From an archaeon (lineage in GTDB: Archaea; Iainarchaeota; Iainarchaeia; Iainarchaeales; DTGL01): a DNA stretch of 64,000 nt. A program made the translations under genes and the position numbers. The notes under the pieces were generated by a model. The model saw nothing but the letters and a program-made list of their open reading frames with translations, searched no databases and was not told where the DNA came from. Below, in pieces: positions 1 through 10,260 of the stretch. The stretch's first letter is position 1, and each line of letters begins with the position of its first letter. The stretch spans positions 3,435 through 67,434 of the forward strand of contig JAPDKC010000027.1 in assembly GCA_029258755.1 (NCBI GenBank), given 5' to 3'.

Positions 1-675
1 GATAATGCTCTGAACAATAGCCAGACACAGAAGAAATAGAATAGTTAATGTCGCTACATCGTGGTTGAATGATTGTTCTAGGCCAAAAAGCAGAGCAATC
101 CCAAGGGGAAACGAAGCATAAAATGTGCCAGCTAAATAAAACAGGAATACAGCGACAATCGCCTTTTTAATTGAATTATTTTTGATGAACACATAGAAGA
201 AAATAAGCAGTACAGCAAGCCATATGGCTAAGCTTTGTCCCGGCGTTATTATAGATTTCCCGTACAACCCACCGCACGATAGAAGAACACCTAGAACTTC
301 TTCGAAGTTCATAGCATAACCTAAAATAAAGCCTTTTCCATTCGAAACTAAAAAATCAAATATTGGAACAAGCAGAATTAAAAATGAAAACAAAAAAACA
401 CACCTTGTTACCCGCTCTACTTTCTCTCTTGTGATAAAAAATAAAATAAAAGAAACAGTAAGTAAAAAATTGAAATTCCAGAAGGGCCAATGAATTAGAA
501 GATGTATCAATCTTGGAAAGCGATGTGAATGTTCTAAAAAGCCCTCAAGAATACCGCGTAATACGAAGATTCCATAAAAATAGCCAATCCAATACAAAAA
601 CGGTATTTTTGAGTTTTCTATTTTTCCAATAAGTTTTTTTCCTTGCTTCAAACCCTTCTTAACCAGAAAATGCAT
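1..675 (-). CDS. Polytopic membrane protein, partial (C-terminus runs off window start)
   Basis: Manual minus-strand translation of frame 1 shows no stop from 675 down to 1. ATG is the complement of 673-675, preceded by an in-frame TAG (complement of 679-681). Hydrophobic, multi-TM composition. Not in the ORF track because it is incomplete. Confidence 0.5.
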   Translation of the reverse strand, partial: MHFLVKKGLKQGKKLIGKIENSKIPFLYWIGYFYGIFVLRGILEGFLEHSHRFPRLIHLLIHWPFWNFNFLLTVSFILFFITREKVERVTRCVFLFSFLILLVPIFDFLVSNGKGFILGYAMNFEEVLGVLLSCGGLYGKSIITPGQSLAIWLAVLLIFFYVFIKNNSIKKAIVAVFLFYLAGTFYASFPLGIALLFGLEQSFNHDVATLTILFLLCLAIVQSII

Positions 676-723
676 ATGCTAAATAGCGCAAAACACCTTA
701 TATATATTTTTCTTAAAATCACT

Positions 724-1041
724 TTACTCAATCAGCTCTATCTCAACGTGCACTTTATCTGGCACTTCGATTCGCATTATTCTGCGCAGAGTTCTTTCAT
801 CAGATTTTATGTCAATTATTCGCTTATGGATTCGCATCTGCCATCTTTCGTATGTTTCGCTTCCACCACCACTCATGCCTCTGCGTGTAGCAATAACAAT
901 CTTTTTTGTAGGTAGTGGTATTGGGCCAGAAAATTTTGCTCCAGCGCGCTTAGCGATCTCTACTATTTCGTTGCTTACCTCCTGAAGCAGCTTATAATCG
1001 GGGCTTGATAGCTTTATGCGTGCCTTTTGCATACTCCTCAC
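724..1041 (-). CDS. rps10: 30S ribosomal protein S10 (uS10)
   Basis: 105 aa with typical uS10 N-terminus (MQKARIKLSS...). Sits at the end of the EF1a/EF2/S7/S12 cluster, as in archaea. Confidence 0.88.
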   Translation of the reverse strand: MRSMQKARIKLSSPDYKLLQEVSNEIVEIAKRAGAKFSGPIPLPTKKIVIATRRGMSGGGSETYERWQMRIHKRIIDIKSDERTLRRIMRIEVPDKVHVEIELIE

Positions 1042-1089
1042 TGCAGCATATTTTAGTAGAAAAAATTTAATTAAAAAGGAATGGAAGCG

Positions 1090-2364
1090 TTACTTCTTTG
1101 GTGTAACGCTTATTACCATTCCTGCAGCCACTGTTTGGCCCATGTCTCTAATAGCAAACCTGCCAAGCTGTGGGAACTTCTTGTACTCTTCTACAACAAC
1201 TGGTTTCAAGGGCTTTACCTTTATTATAGCCGCATCACCGGTCTTTATGAACTTTGGATTTTCTTCTACAACCTGGCCTGTCTTTGGATCAAGCTTCTTC
1301 TGAATCTCCACAATCTTACAGGAAAGCTGTGCTGTGTGGATGTGGAAAACTGGTGTATAGTTTACTGTAATTGCCGTTGGGTGATTGAGCACAACTATCT
1401 GTGCTACGAATTCCTCGGCTACTGTTGGCGGATTATCTGGATGACCTACAACATCGCCGCGCTCCACATCATCTTTGCCAATACCTCTTATGTTAAACCC
1501 AATATTGTCTCCAGGAACTGCTTGCTGCAATGGCTGGTGGTGCATTTCTATGCTCTTTACTTCGCCGGTCTTACCAGGAGGCATTATTATTACTTTGTCC
1601 CCTGGCTTTAGCACACCTGTTTCAACTCTGCCTACTGGCACTGTACCAACACCTTTAATGTTGTAGACATCTTGGATTGGAATTCTCAAGGGCTTATCTA
1701 TTGGTGCTGGTGGTGCTTCAAGCTCATCTAAAATTTCTATGAGTGTTGGGCCGTCCCACCACTCCAAAGCGCCTTTACCTTTTACAACATTGTCTCCCTT
1801 CCAAGCAGATACTGGAACAAACTTAAGCTGCTCATCCTTATAACCAATAGTATTCAAAAGCTTCTTTAGCTCATCTCTGAGCTTTTCAAAAGTTCCCTTA
1901 TCGTAGTTTACTTCGTCCATTTTGTTTATGGCAACTACCATTTGCTTTATACCCATCACTTGAGCAAGAAAAGCATGCTCTTTGGTTTGGGGTTTTATCC
2001 CTTCTTTTGCAGCAACAACGAGCACGGCTGCATCCGCTTGGCTAGTTCCTGTTATCATATTTTTAACGAAGTCCTTATGGCCGGGAGCATCTATAATTGT
2101 GAAGAAGTTCTTCTTGCCTTCGAATTTCTTATATGCAAGATCAATTGTAAGGCCACGCTTTCTTTCCTCCTTCAACCTATCCATCACATAGGCAAACACA
2201 AAGGTGCTTTTGCCAAGCTCCTTAGCTTCCGCCTCTAATTTTCTCAGCTCTTGCTCACTTATAGCTCCAGAGTCATAAAGCAATCTACCGATAAGTGTAG
2301 ATTTTCCGTGGTCTACGTGGCCTATAAATATTAGATTTATATGCTTCTTCTCAGCCATGCTCAT
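1090..2364 (-). CDS. tuf: Translation elongation factor aEF-1 alpha
   Basis: 424 aa. G-domain motifs [18 protein letters not shown]. Classic EF-Tu/EF-1A family. Confidence 0.95.
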   Translation of the reverse strand: MSMAEKKHINLIFIGHVDHGKSTLIGRLLYDSGAISEQELRKLEAEAKELGKSTFVFAYVMDRLKEERKRGLTIDLAYKKFEGKKNFFTIIDAPGHKDFVKNMITGTSQADAAVLVVAAKEGIKPQTKEHAFLAQVMGIKQMVVAINKMDEVNYDKGTFEKLRDELKKLLNTIGYKDEQLKFVPVSAWKGDNVVKGKGALEWWDGPTLIEILDELEAPPAPIDKPLRIPIQDVYNIKGVGTVPVGRVETGVLKPGDKVIIMPPGKTGEVKSIEMHHQPLQQAVPGDNIGFNIRGIGKDDVERGDVVGHPDNPPTVAEEFVAQIVVLNHPTAITVNYTPVFHIHTAQLSCKIVEIQKKLDPKTGQVVEENPKFIKTGDAAIIKVKPLKPVVVEEYKKFPQLGRFAIRDMGQTVAAGMVISVTPKK

Positions 2365-2486
2365 GACCTCCCTTCACTTATTACCTCCAAAAATTTTTGT
2401 GAATATAAAGGCAAGATGAATATATATAAGGAACCATTAAATTTAAATATCCTTAACTTTGAGGCTTTTTAACACCATTAATTCAC

Positions 2487-4679
2487 TTAGCTTAGGAAAT
2501 ATTCCGGACTCTTGGGCTCTGGTTCAAGACCCTTTCGAGTCCTTACTTCTTTTATAACCTCTTTTTGCAAATTCTCTGGCAATGGTTTATAATCGTAGAA
2601 TTCTGCTGTCCAGATAGCTCTACCTTGGGTTGCAGACCTGATTGCAGAGCTAAATCCTATAAGCTCTTTTACCGGGGCTATAGCAATTATAATAGTAGCA
2701 TCTCCTTCCGCTTTAATTTCCTCTATAGTCGCTCTTCTCTGCTGAAGCTCTTTTGTTACAGCGCCCATATATTCTTGAGGAATATTTATAAACAGCTTTT
2801 GTCTTGGTTCTAAAAGCACGGGTTTTGCGCTAAGCATACAAGCGTAGATTGTTCTTGTTACAGCAGGCAATACTTGCGCCGGACCTCTGTGGATAGCGTC
2901 CTCATGAAGCCTAGCATCCTGCAACCTTACAATAACACCTAAGCATTTCTCTTTCGCTAATGGGCCTTCGTTCATTGCATCGATAAAACCTTGGCACACA
3001 AGCTCCTGAATTTCTTGGATTGCTTGCACACCGCGAGTATTATCTATAAGTATGCAGTTATTATGAACCCACCAAACACGCTTAGCATCATCGCTGCTCA
3101 AACCTATCTCTTCAAGCTTAGCTATTTTATCAACATCCTTTTTCCTTATTTTGCCCTCGATTTTTGCTTCTATAAGCTTATTCAGCATCTCCTCGCTCAT
3201 TGGTTCAACACTTATCATAAAATCGTTGTGCTTGTTAGGGCTTCTACCTGTAAGCACAGGGCTTTTTGTGGTTATTGTTTCGCGATATACAACTAATGGA
3301 TTGCTCATTTCTATAGGGATCCCATTATCCACTTCAATTCTATATTTGGTTACCTCTAAATGAAGCTCGCCCATGCCGCTAAGCAAATGTTCGCCTGTCT
3401 CTTGGTTTATAGTAACTACAATATTCGGATCCTCTTTTGTTATTTTGTTAAGCACCTCTATGAGCTTTGGCAAATCAGCTGTACGCTTAGCTTCTATACT
3501 TACGGTTATAACCGGCTCAACAGAGCTCTTGAAGGATTCAAACGGCTGAATATCAGCGCTTGCAATTGTTTCGCCAACCTTTATATCTTTAAGCCCTACT
3601 AAAGCAGCAATATTGCCTGCTGGCACCTCATCAATATTTACTCTTTCTGGGCCCATATAAAGAGAAACCTGCTGTATGTTTGCTTCTCTCTTTGAGCCTA
3701 TCAGTTTAACCTTGAGGCCTTTTTTCACGGTTCCAGAAAATACCCTACCAGTTGCTACCTCGCCAGCGTGCGGGTCAACAGTTACATCAGTAACCATCAT
3801 CGCTAGCGGACCGTTTTCATCACAGTTCAGCATTGCCTTTCCTGTTTCGCTTTCTAAGTCGCCGGACCATATGTCTGGAATTCTATATTTTTGCGCTTCT
3901 ACAGGACTTGGCAGATGCTTTATTACCATGTCCATAATTGCCTTATACAATGGGCTTTTCTTAGAAAGCTCATCCTGCTTCTCTTGCTTACAGTATTCAT
4001 AAACTTCTTTAAACCCTATTCCTGTTTTTTGCATTTGTGGTACAGAAACAGCCCATTTATATAGAGCTGAACCAAAAACAACAGAGCCATTATCAACTCT
4101 TACCTGCCATTTGTCCTTGAATTGCTCTGGAGCATATTTTCTTATAAGCAAATTGACCTTTGCTATCACTTTCAGCAATCTTTCCTGCATCTCCTTTTCA
4201 TCAACTTTGAGCTCGTTTATTAATCTATCAACTTTATTCACAAAAAGTACCGGCTTACAGTTTTCCCTTAACGCTTGTCTAAGCACAGTTTCCGTTTGTG
4301 GCATTACCCCTTCCACAGCATCTACAAGAACTATTACACCATCAACTGCACGCATGGCTCTTATAACATCGCCGCCAAAATCAACGTGTCCAGGAGTATC
4401 TATAAGATTAATCAGGTAAGCTTGATCCTCATACTTGTAAACAACAGAGATGTTTGCCGCGTTTATGGTGATTCCTCTTTCCTGCTCCAATTCATAGAAG
4501 TCCATAAGCAATTGCTTTCCTGCAAGCTCTTCACTCATTAAGCCGGCGGCAGCGATTATAGAATCTGTCATTGTTGTTTTTCCATGGTCTATATGGGCAA
4601 CTATGCCAATATTCCTTATGTTTTCTTTGTTTCGCATCATTTGTTGTGCGAGTTTTACCATTTCCTCTCTTCTGCCCAT
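2487..4679 (-). CDS. fusA: Translation elongation factor aEF-2
   Basis: 730 aa. AHIDHGKTT, DTPGHVDF, NKVD motifs. The archaeal diphthamide-region Gly-rich loop is also present. Confidence 0.95.
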   Translation of the reverse strand: MGRREEMVKLAQQMMRNKENIRNIGIVAHIDHGKTTMTDSIIAAAGLMSEELAGKQLLMDFYELEQERGITINAANISVVYKYEDQAYLINLIDTPGHVDFGGDVIRAMRAVDGVIVLVDAVEGVMPQTETVLRQALRENCKPVLFVNKVDRLINELKVDEKEMQERLLKVIAKVNLLIRKYAPEQFKDKWQVRVDNGSVVFGSALYKWAVSVPQMQKTGIGFKEVYEYCKQEKQDELSKKSPLYKAIMDMVIKHLPSPVEAQKYRIPDIWSGDLESETGKAMLNCDENGPLAMMVTDVTVDPHAGEVATGRVFSGTVKKGLKVKLIGSKREANIQQVSLYMGPERVNIDEVPAGNIAALVGLKDIKVGETIASADIQPFESFKSSVEPVITVSIEAKRTADLPKLIEVLNKITKEDPNIVVTINQETGEHLLSGMGELHLEVTKYRIEVDNGIPIEMSNPLVVYRETITTKSPVLTGRSPNKHNDFMISVEPMSEEMLNKLIEAKIEGKIRKKDVDKIAKLEEIGLSSDDAKRVWWVHNNCILIDNTRGVQAIQEIQELVCQGFIDAMNEGPLAKEKCLGVIVRLQDARLHEDAIHRGPAQVLPAVTRTIYACMLSAKPVLLEPRQKLFINIPQEYMGAVTKELQQRRATIEEIKAEGDATIIIAIAPVKELIGFSSAIRSATQGRAIWTAEFYDYKPLPENLQKEVIKEVRTRKGLEPEPKSPEYFLS

Positions 4680-4689
4680 AGTATCACCC

Positions 4690-5292
4690 TTATCTGCTAC
4701 CTGCAGCTATGCGCTCGATTTCATTCCTGCGCTTTACCGCATAGCTCTTGGCATCTTCTTGACTTGCGAGTATAATCTCTTCTGCCAGTGCTTCTTCAGC
4801 ACTTTTCTTATTATTGAAGGAATTAGCAAAAGCAGCTAAAGCAAGGTTCTTTAATGCTTCATCCAACCGCCTTAAAGGCGCAACATCAACACTTTGAGTG
4901 TAGTAGATGCCTCCTTTTCTAAATCTTGTTACATCTTCCCTTGGAGCTGAATTTTCAATAGCCTTTATAAGAACCTCTATGGGATTTTTCCCTGTTTTCT
5001 GCTCAACTATTTCAAATGCTTTTTCAACTATGCGCATTGCTTGCAGCTTCTTGCCACAAGCACCTCTGCCTCTTATGAATTTGCCGCTGAGCTTTCTTTT
5101 TCCCTGTCCGCTTCTCATAATCTTGTTTATTAATCGCTCTACTACAGGCACCTCTGCCTTACCAAAACGCTCCTTAGCTTTGCTACCAAAGGAATGCGGT
5201 ACTACCTTTGATTTTAGGCATATGTAGCGCGCTAAGCCAGGATCGCTAACCTGAATGCCTTCTGTTTCCCATCTGCCAAAAACCTTAACCAT
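4690..5292 (-). CDS. rps7: 30S ribosomal protein S7 (uS7)
   Basis: 200 aa, archaeal uS7-like sequence, in conserved str-operon position. Confidence 0.88.
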   Translation of the reverse strand: MVKVFGRWETEGIQVSDPGLARYICLKSKVVPHSFGSKAKERFGKAEVPVVERLINKIMRSGQGKRKLSGKFIRGRGACGKKLQAMRIVEKAFEIVEQKTGKNPIEVLIKAIENSAPREDVTRFRKGGIYYTQSVDVAPLRRLDEALKNLALAAFANSFNNKKSAEEALAEEIILASQEDAKSYAVKRRNEIERIAAGSR

Positions 5293-5297
5293 AGTGT

Positions 5298-5729
5298 TTA
5301 CCTCTTCATCTTTTCAATTCTTCCTGTTCTAAGCATCTCCAAGCTCTGATCATTAACCTTTATTACCTTGTATTTTACGCCCCAGAGGTCTCCTTTTGCA
5401 CCGCCTTTTCTGCCACCAATACCTTCAATAAGTACCTCATCGTGTTCGTCAATATACTTTATAGCTCCATCTCCTGGAGCAAACGCAGTAACTTGCCTGC
5501 CATTTTTTATTAGTTGTACGCGAACACATTTTCTTATAGCTGAATTTGGCTGTCTTGCCTCAACACCGCGCTTTTCAAGTACTATTGCTCTTGCTTGAGG
5601 AGCTCCCTCAAGCGGATCAAGCTTCTTATTCTTACTTCTAAGCATTCTTTTCTTATACCTGGGGTCTTTCCATCGCCACTTTTGTCTATCCTTTTCAAGC
5701 TTCCTTGCTGCAAATTCACCATAGCCCAT
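5298..5729 (-). CDS. rps12: 30S ribosomal protein S12 (uS12)
   Basis: 143 aa with [23 protein letters not shown] motif region typical of uS12. Confidence 0.9.
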   Translation of the reverse strand: MGYGEFAARKLEKDRQKWRWKDPRYKKRMLRSKNKKLDPLEGAPQARAIVLEKRGVEARQPNSAIRKCVRVQLIKNGRQVTAFAPGDGAIKYIDEHDEVLIEGIGGRKGGAKGDLWGVKYKVIKVNDQSLEMLRTGRIEKMKR

Positions 5730-5739
5730 AAAATCTCAC

Positions 5740-6138
5740 CTAAAACCTCAGATCCTCTATATTATAATTTCTTTGGGCTATTTTTTTAATCCTTTTAAAT
5801 TTCCCAATGGAATCCATTATCTTTCTCCTTTCTGTCGAATCAAGTTTTAATTGAATATTATTTTCCTTCTTTTCTATTGCCAGTATGTTAATATCTGGGA
5901 GAGCATTCCTTATAAAATCATCAACATTTTCATAGTATGGGTATATTTCCACCTTCTTTCCAAAGGTTTTCGCTAGAAGCTTTGCTTTGATTCCTTTTTT
6001 TCCAATGGCTTTGCCTAAAAGCTCTGGTTTCACAAGGAATGCAATTGTATTGTTGTCTATGAAGCAATCTTTTGGCATGACTCCTGTTATAGAGTCAAAC
6101 TTGTTGAGATAAAAGATTTCCTCTTGTGTTAGTTTCAT
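5740..6138 (-). CDS. nusA: Archaeal NusA-like transcription termination factor (KH domains only)
   Basis: 132 aa with GKKGIKAKLLAKTFGKKVEIY KH-type segment. Canonical position between L30e and S12. Confidence 0.78.
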   Translation of the reverse strand: MKLTQEEIFYLNKFDSITGVMPKDCFIDNNTIAFLVKPELLGKAIGKKGIKAKLLAKTFGKKVEIYPYYENVDDFIRNALPDINILAIEKKENNIQLKLDSTERRKIMDSIGKFKRIKKIAQRNYNIEDLRF

Positions 6139-6455
6139 TTCTTTTCACTGCTTTTAGCTATCTCTAGTACCTTGCTCTTTCCAGGATCTATTATAAGCAT
6201 TGCTGATATGCTATGGGGCCTTCCGCATAAAGCACCTAAATCAAGAGAGCTTTTTTCGAACTCAAAAAACGCTATATTAGAAAGCTCTGCAAAATACTTC
6301 AGCTTTTCTTTTTTTTCTTTTTCAAGATTGCTACTTACAATTAATAGTTTGCCAATACCTTTTAAAACATTTTTTTCGCATTCCCTGAAGCCGAATACGG
6401 TTTTGCCGGTATCAACAGCCCTGCGTATCTCTTTTTCCACATCCATTTGGCTCAC
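6135..6455 (-). CDS. rpl30e: 50S ribosomal protein L30e (eL30)
   Basis: 106 aa. L7Ae/L30e-fold sequence. Canonical position between rpoA'' and nusA. Confidence 0.85.
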   Translation of the reverse strand: MSQMDVEKEIRRAVDTGKTVFGFRECEKNVLKGIGKLLIVSSNLEKEKKEKLKYFAELSNIAFFEFEKSSLDLGALCGRPHSISAMLIIDPGKSKVLEIAKSSEKK

Positions 6456-7654
6456 TCCTTCATTATTAGTTCTACCCTGCCAGTGCCAACCTTTACAGGC
6501 AAGCCAACTATGAGGTTTTCTACAACTCCCTGTAAAGGTTCGCGCTCGCCATGTAGAGCAGAATCAAATAAGTGCTTTACAGTTTCCTCAAAAGCAGCTC
6601 TTGCGAATGGTGACTGCTTGAGCCGCATAATGCCTGTGCGAACAGTACCTCTAATCTCACCGGTAAATGTAAGCAGATCTGCTATAAGCAGCAAATGCCT
6701 CAAATCAACCTTTATTCTGTTCTCTGTGAGTGTTTTGTGAAGCTCTTCTACAATAGCCCTTCTGCCGGCTTCTATGCCCAAGACCCTGGATATTTCCATT
6801 ACATCGTTTGTTGTTGTTCTGTAAGGATCGACTTCCTTTCTCTTAAGAACGGCTTTTAGATTCGTGCCCAAGGTTTTGATAACATATTCGCCATTCTCTT
6901 CAGTTACTATGGTTTTCTCAATTCCGCTTATTCCCTGCAAGCGCTTTCTCATAATCTTTAGCACTTCATTTCTTATCTTGAGCAAAGAAAGCTCCTTAGG
7001 GAACTGGATTATGAGCTTGTCCCTTCTTTTATGCACCTCGCCTTTCTTTATAGCTTCTCTTATCTTGCTTAACATTACTTCCTTATCCAAATTTCTCTCA
7101 GCGATTCTTTCCTCAATAAGCTCTATTTCAGCAGTCTTTTTCTTGAAGTCTTCTTTTACTCTTGCTATATCTTCAGTTCTTACATCGACTATATCTCTTG
7201 CAAACGCTTCAGCCTTCCTTTTATTATGCTTTAGTTCATCGTTTAGGTAAATCGTCATGCTAGCATACTTGGTTTTGCTCCTCCCATCAACGATCTCTTC
7301 AACTCTTTGGATTCCTGAACCAACACTAACTTCTAAAGCACCAGCATAGTGCTTTGTTCTTAAGGTGAGCTGCGTTCCTGGCTCACCTAAGGATTGGGCA
7401 GCAACTATGCCAGCTGCTTCGCAGGGCTCAACAAGCACTTGTTCATACTCCTTCTTAGCTTCCTCAATAAGCTTCTTTATTTCCTCTTCGCTGAGCTTTT
7501 CCCTCTCAGCAACCTCAAATAGCTCGTTCCATATCTTTTCAGGCAAGTTGCCACGTAGCTCAGCAAATTTTTCTTTCAGGGCTTGCTTTGTTTTTTTCTT
7601 TTCGCTTGGCTTTTCTTTACTTTCTGCATTTTTTCTTGGCATTTCGCTTTTCAC
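6452..7654 (-). CDS. rpoA2: DNA-directed RNA polymerase subunit A''
   Basis: 400 aa with GEPGTQLTLRTKHYAG (A'' signature, C-terminal third of the largest subunit). The 38-nt overlap with the rpoA' stop means the true start may be an internal Met. Confidence 0.9.
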   Translation of the reverse strand: MKSEMPRKNAESKEKPSEKKKTKQALKEKFAELRGNLPEKIWNELFEVAEREKLSEEEIKKLIEEAKKEYEQVLVEPCEAAGIVAAQSLGEPGTQLTLRTKHYAGALEVSVGSGIQRVEEIVDGRSKTKYASMTIYLNDELKHNKRKAEAFARDIVDVRTEDIARVKEDFKKKTAEIELIEERIAERNLDKEVMLSKIREAIKKGEVHKRRDKLIIQFPKELSLLKIRNEVLKIMRKRLQGISGIEKTIVTEENGEYVIKTLGTNLKAVLKRKEVDPYRTTTNDVMEISRVLGIEAGRRAIVEELHKTLTENRIKVDLRHLLLIADLLTFTGEIRGTVRTGIMRLKQSPFARAAFEETVKHLFDSALHGEREPLQGVVENLIVGLPVKVGTGRVELIMKE

Positions 7655-10259
7655 CCCTTACCTTTCTTACCAATTCTTCGACATCAACAGCTTTGCCAAG
7701 CTTACTTTTCATTGGGAATACTCCATCATCACCATAAAGGATTTGCACAATGTCCTTGCTGCTGGTCCTTACAGTTAGATCATAGTCAACGTAGAGATCT
7801 TTTAATGCGTTAGCAAGCCTTCTATAGAGATAGCCAGAAACCTTTGTACTTACTCCTGTGTCCACTTCACCTTGTCTGCCACCAATTGCATGGAAGAAGT
7901 ATTCTTCAGCATCCATTCCTTCCATAAAGTTTTGCGTGATAAAGCCACGTGCTTTAACGCCGACATCTCCTTCTTTTTCTAATGAGAGTACTCTATTACG
8001 ATAGCCTCTTTCAGGCCTTCCTTCTCTAACAGCGGCTTGTCCCCAGAAACCACTTATATTCATTAGGTTAGCACTGCTCCCTCTAGAACCAGAGACAATC
8101 ATGATGTTGGAGTTTAGCTCTGGGTTTTCCTGCAGAACAGTTTTAACCTTTTCATTTAATATGTGCGCTTCCACCTTCTGCTTTATCTCAGATGTCAAGC
8201 GCAACATATAGTATTCAAAGCTTTCCTCAAGGTTTCTTCCTGGAACGAGCTGTAGCTTCTTTTCCTTGTATTTTTTCACAAGCTCTGCACCCTTCTTTAT
8301 AGCTTCCTTTATTGCTTCATTTGCTATCTTTTTAATTCTATCGCTAACTTCAAACTCCCTTAAGCCAACGGTCAGGCCTTTTGTTGTTAGCAAATCTGAG
8401 GTTATTCTGCTCATGCAGTCATAGAAACGCCTTATAACCTCTGGCGGATAGTTCCTTGCAAGAGCATCAACGAGCTTTCCTTTGCCTTCTCCCAAAGAAT
8501 TCTCATCTATTACTCCTCTAATAAGCTTGCCATTTTCTATAGTAACGCAATAAGGACATTCATAACCTTTGCACTTATAGTTTGGATCGGTTTTTTCCAG
8601 AACCTCGCACATCTTTGATTTGTAGTGTAAGTTTAAATCCTTTGGCAAAAGCTGACTGAATATAAGCTTGCCAGAATACTTGTTGCCTCTGTCTGGCTTG
8701 GGGATTTCCTCAAGGCCCATCTCATAGAAATATTGGTATGCTTTTTCCTTATCGAACTCTGTCTGGTCCATAGTTAATATGAAAGCTCCGCTTATCCCAT
8801 CTTCGTCCAGCACAACTATAGGGGCACCGTAGCGCGGACTTATTACGTTCTTTTCTACAAGCATTAATTCGCGAGCTTCTGCTTGTCCTTCTTCTGTTTG
8901 CGGCACGTGTATGTTCATTTCGTCTCCATCGAAATCAGCATTGTACGGCTTACATACAATTGGATTTATCTTCAGCGTTTTTTCAGGCATTATTCTTACA
9001 ATATGAGCCATCATTGAGATGCGATGCAAGGAAGGTTGTCTGTTGAAGAGAACAACATCGCCATTTTGAAGCAAGCGCTCAACAACATAGCCAGCATCTA
9101 TTTCATTTATAATATCCTTTTTGTTATCCTCTGTTATGCGTTTCTTAACGCCGTCAGGTCTTATTACGGTAACAACCCTGCCCTTCTTTATAAGCTCCTT
9201 AATTCTGCTCTTATTCCATGAGGTTACCTTTTCTTGCACTGTTAGTTCATCCGCAATCATCTTTGGAATACCAACCTCATTTATGGAAATGTAAGGATCT
9301 GGTGTAATCGTTGATCTTGCAGCATAGTTCACGCGCTTACCTGTCAGGTTGTATCTAAAGCGTCCTCGCTTGCCTTTTAACCTATCGCTTAATGTCTGCA
9401 AGGGCCTGCCTGAACGATGCTTTGCTGGCGGAACACCAGCTGTTTGATTATCAAAGTAAGTTGTCACATGGTATTGCAACAGATCCCATAAGTCCTCTAT
9501 TATGAGCTGTGGAGCGCCAGCTTCGATATTTTCGCGCAACCTTTCATTAATCCTTATAATATCAACAAGCTTATGCGTCAGATCGTCCTCAGACTTAAGA
9601 CCGCTTTCAAGCGTTATTGAAGGTCTTATATTTATTGGCGGAATAGGCAAAACAGTCAAAACAAACCATTCAGGCCTAACTATCTTTGGATCTAAGCCGA
9701 AGAATTTTAGCTCTTCATTTGGCACCTTTTCCAACCATTCCCTAATCTCTGTTGGATATATTCTGCGCTTATCAAGATAGAAATTAGTTGGCTTATCTAA
9801 CATTATTTTTCCTTTTTCAGCGCCGCAGTGCGGGCATTTCTTTACCTTCTTTACCTTTGCTTTTATCTTCTTTGCAACAAGCTCTTTGCTTTTATCAAGC
9901 TCCTTTTCCAACTCTTTCAAAACATTTTCTGGCAATACTATTCTTCCGCATTTTTGGCACGTAGCTGTGAGAATATCCTCAATAACCTTTGAAAACTTAG
10001 CGTGAATTACAGGCCTTACAAGCTCTAATGAGCCAAAGTGTCCAGGACAATGCTTCATTGTCTGGCCGCAAGTTTTGCATCTTAGACCAGGATTTATAAC
10101 ACCTAAGTGTGGATCCATAAGCCCTTCTTCCATAGGGTAGCCGTCTTTGTCGTAAGTTTCAGCGGTTTTTATCTCTATGGCGCTCATCTTTCTTATAATC
10201 TCTGGGCTTAGAACCCTAAAATCTATTGAGCCAATCTTCTTTTGGAGCATTTTACGCAC
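7617..10259 (-). CDS. rpoA1: DNA-directed RNA polymerase subunit A'
   Basis: 880 aa. Zn-binding CKTCGQTMKHCPGHFG, NADFDGDEMN catalytic aspartate motif. Confidence 0.95.
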   Translation of the reverse strand: MRKMLQKKIGSIDFRVLSPEIIRKMSAIEIKTAETYDKDGYPMEEGLMDPHLGVINPGLRCKTCGQTMKHCPGHFGSLELVRPVIHAKFSKVIEDILTATCQKCGRIVLPENVLKELEKELDKSKELVAKKIKAKVKKVKKCPHCGAEKGKIMLDKPTNFYLDKRRIYPTEIREWLEKVPNEELKFFGLDPKIVRPEWFVLTVLPIPPINIRPSITLESGLKSEDDLTHKLVDIIRINERLRENIEAGAPQLIIEDLWDLLQYHVTTYFDNQTAGVPPAKHRSGRPLQTLSDRLKGKRGRFRYNLTGKRVNYAARSTITPDPYISINEVGIPKMIADELTVQEKVTSWNKSRIKELIKKGRVVTVIRPDGVKKRITEDNKKDIINEIDAGYVVERLLQNGDVVLFNRQPSLHRISMMAHIVRIMPEKTLKINPIVCKPYNADFDGDEMNIHVPQTEEGQAEARELMLVEKNVISPRYGAPIVVLDEDGISGAFILTMDQTEFDKEKAYQYFYEMGLEEIPKPDRGNKYSGKLIFSQLLPKDLNLHYKSKMCEVLEKTDPNYKCKGYECPYCVTIENGKLIRGVIDENSLGEGKGKLVDALARNYPPEVIRRFYDCMSRITSDLLTTKGLTVGLREFEVSDRIKKIANEAIKEAIKKGAELVKKYKEKKLQLVPGRNLEESFEYYMLRLTSEIKQKVEAHILNEKVKTVLQENPELNSNIMIVSGSRGSSANLMNISGFWGQAAVREGRPERGYRNRVLSLEKEGDVGVKARGFITQNFMEGMDAEEYFFHAIGGRQGEVDTGVSTKVSGYLYRRLANALKDLYVDYDLTVRTSSKDIVQILYGDDGVFPMKSKLGKAVDVEELVRKVRGEKRNAKKKCRK

Positions 10260-10260
10260 C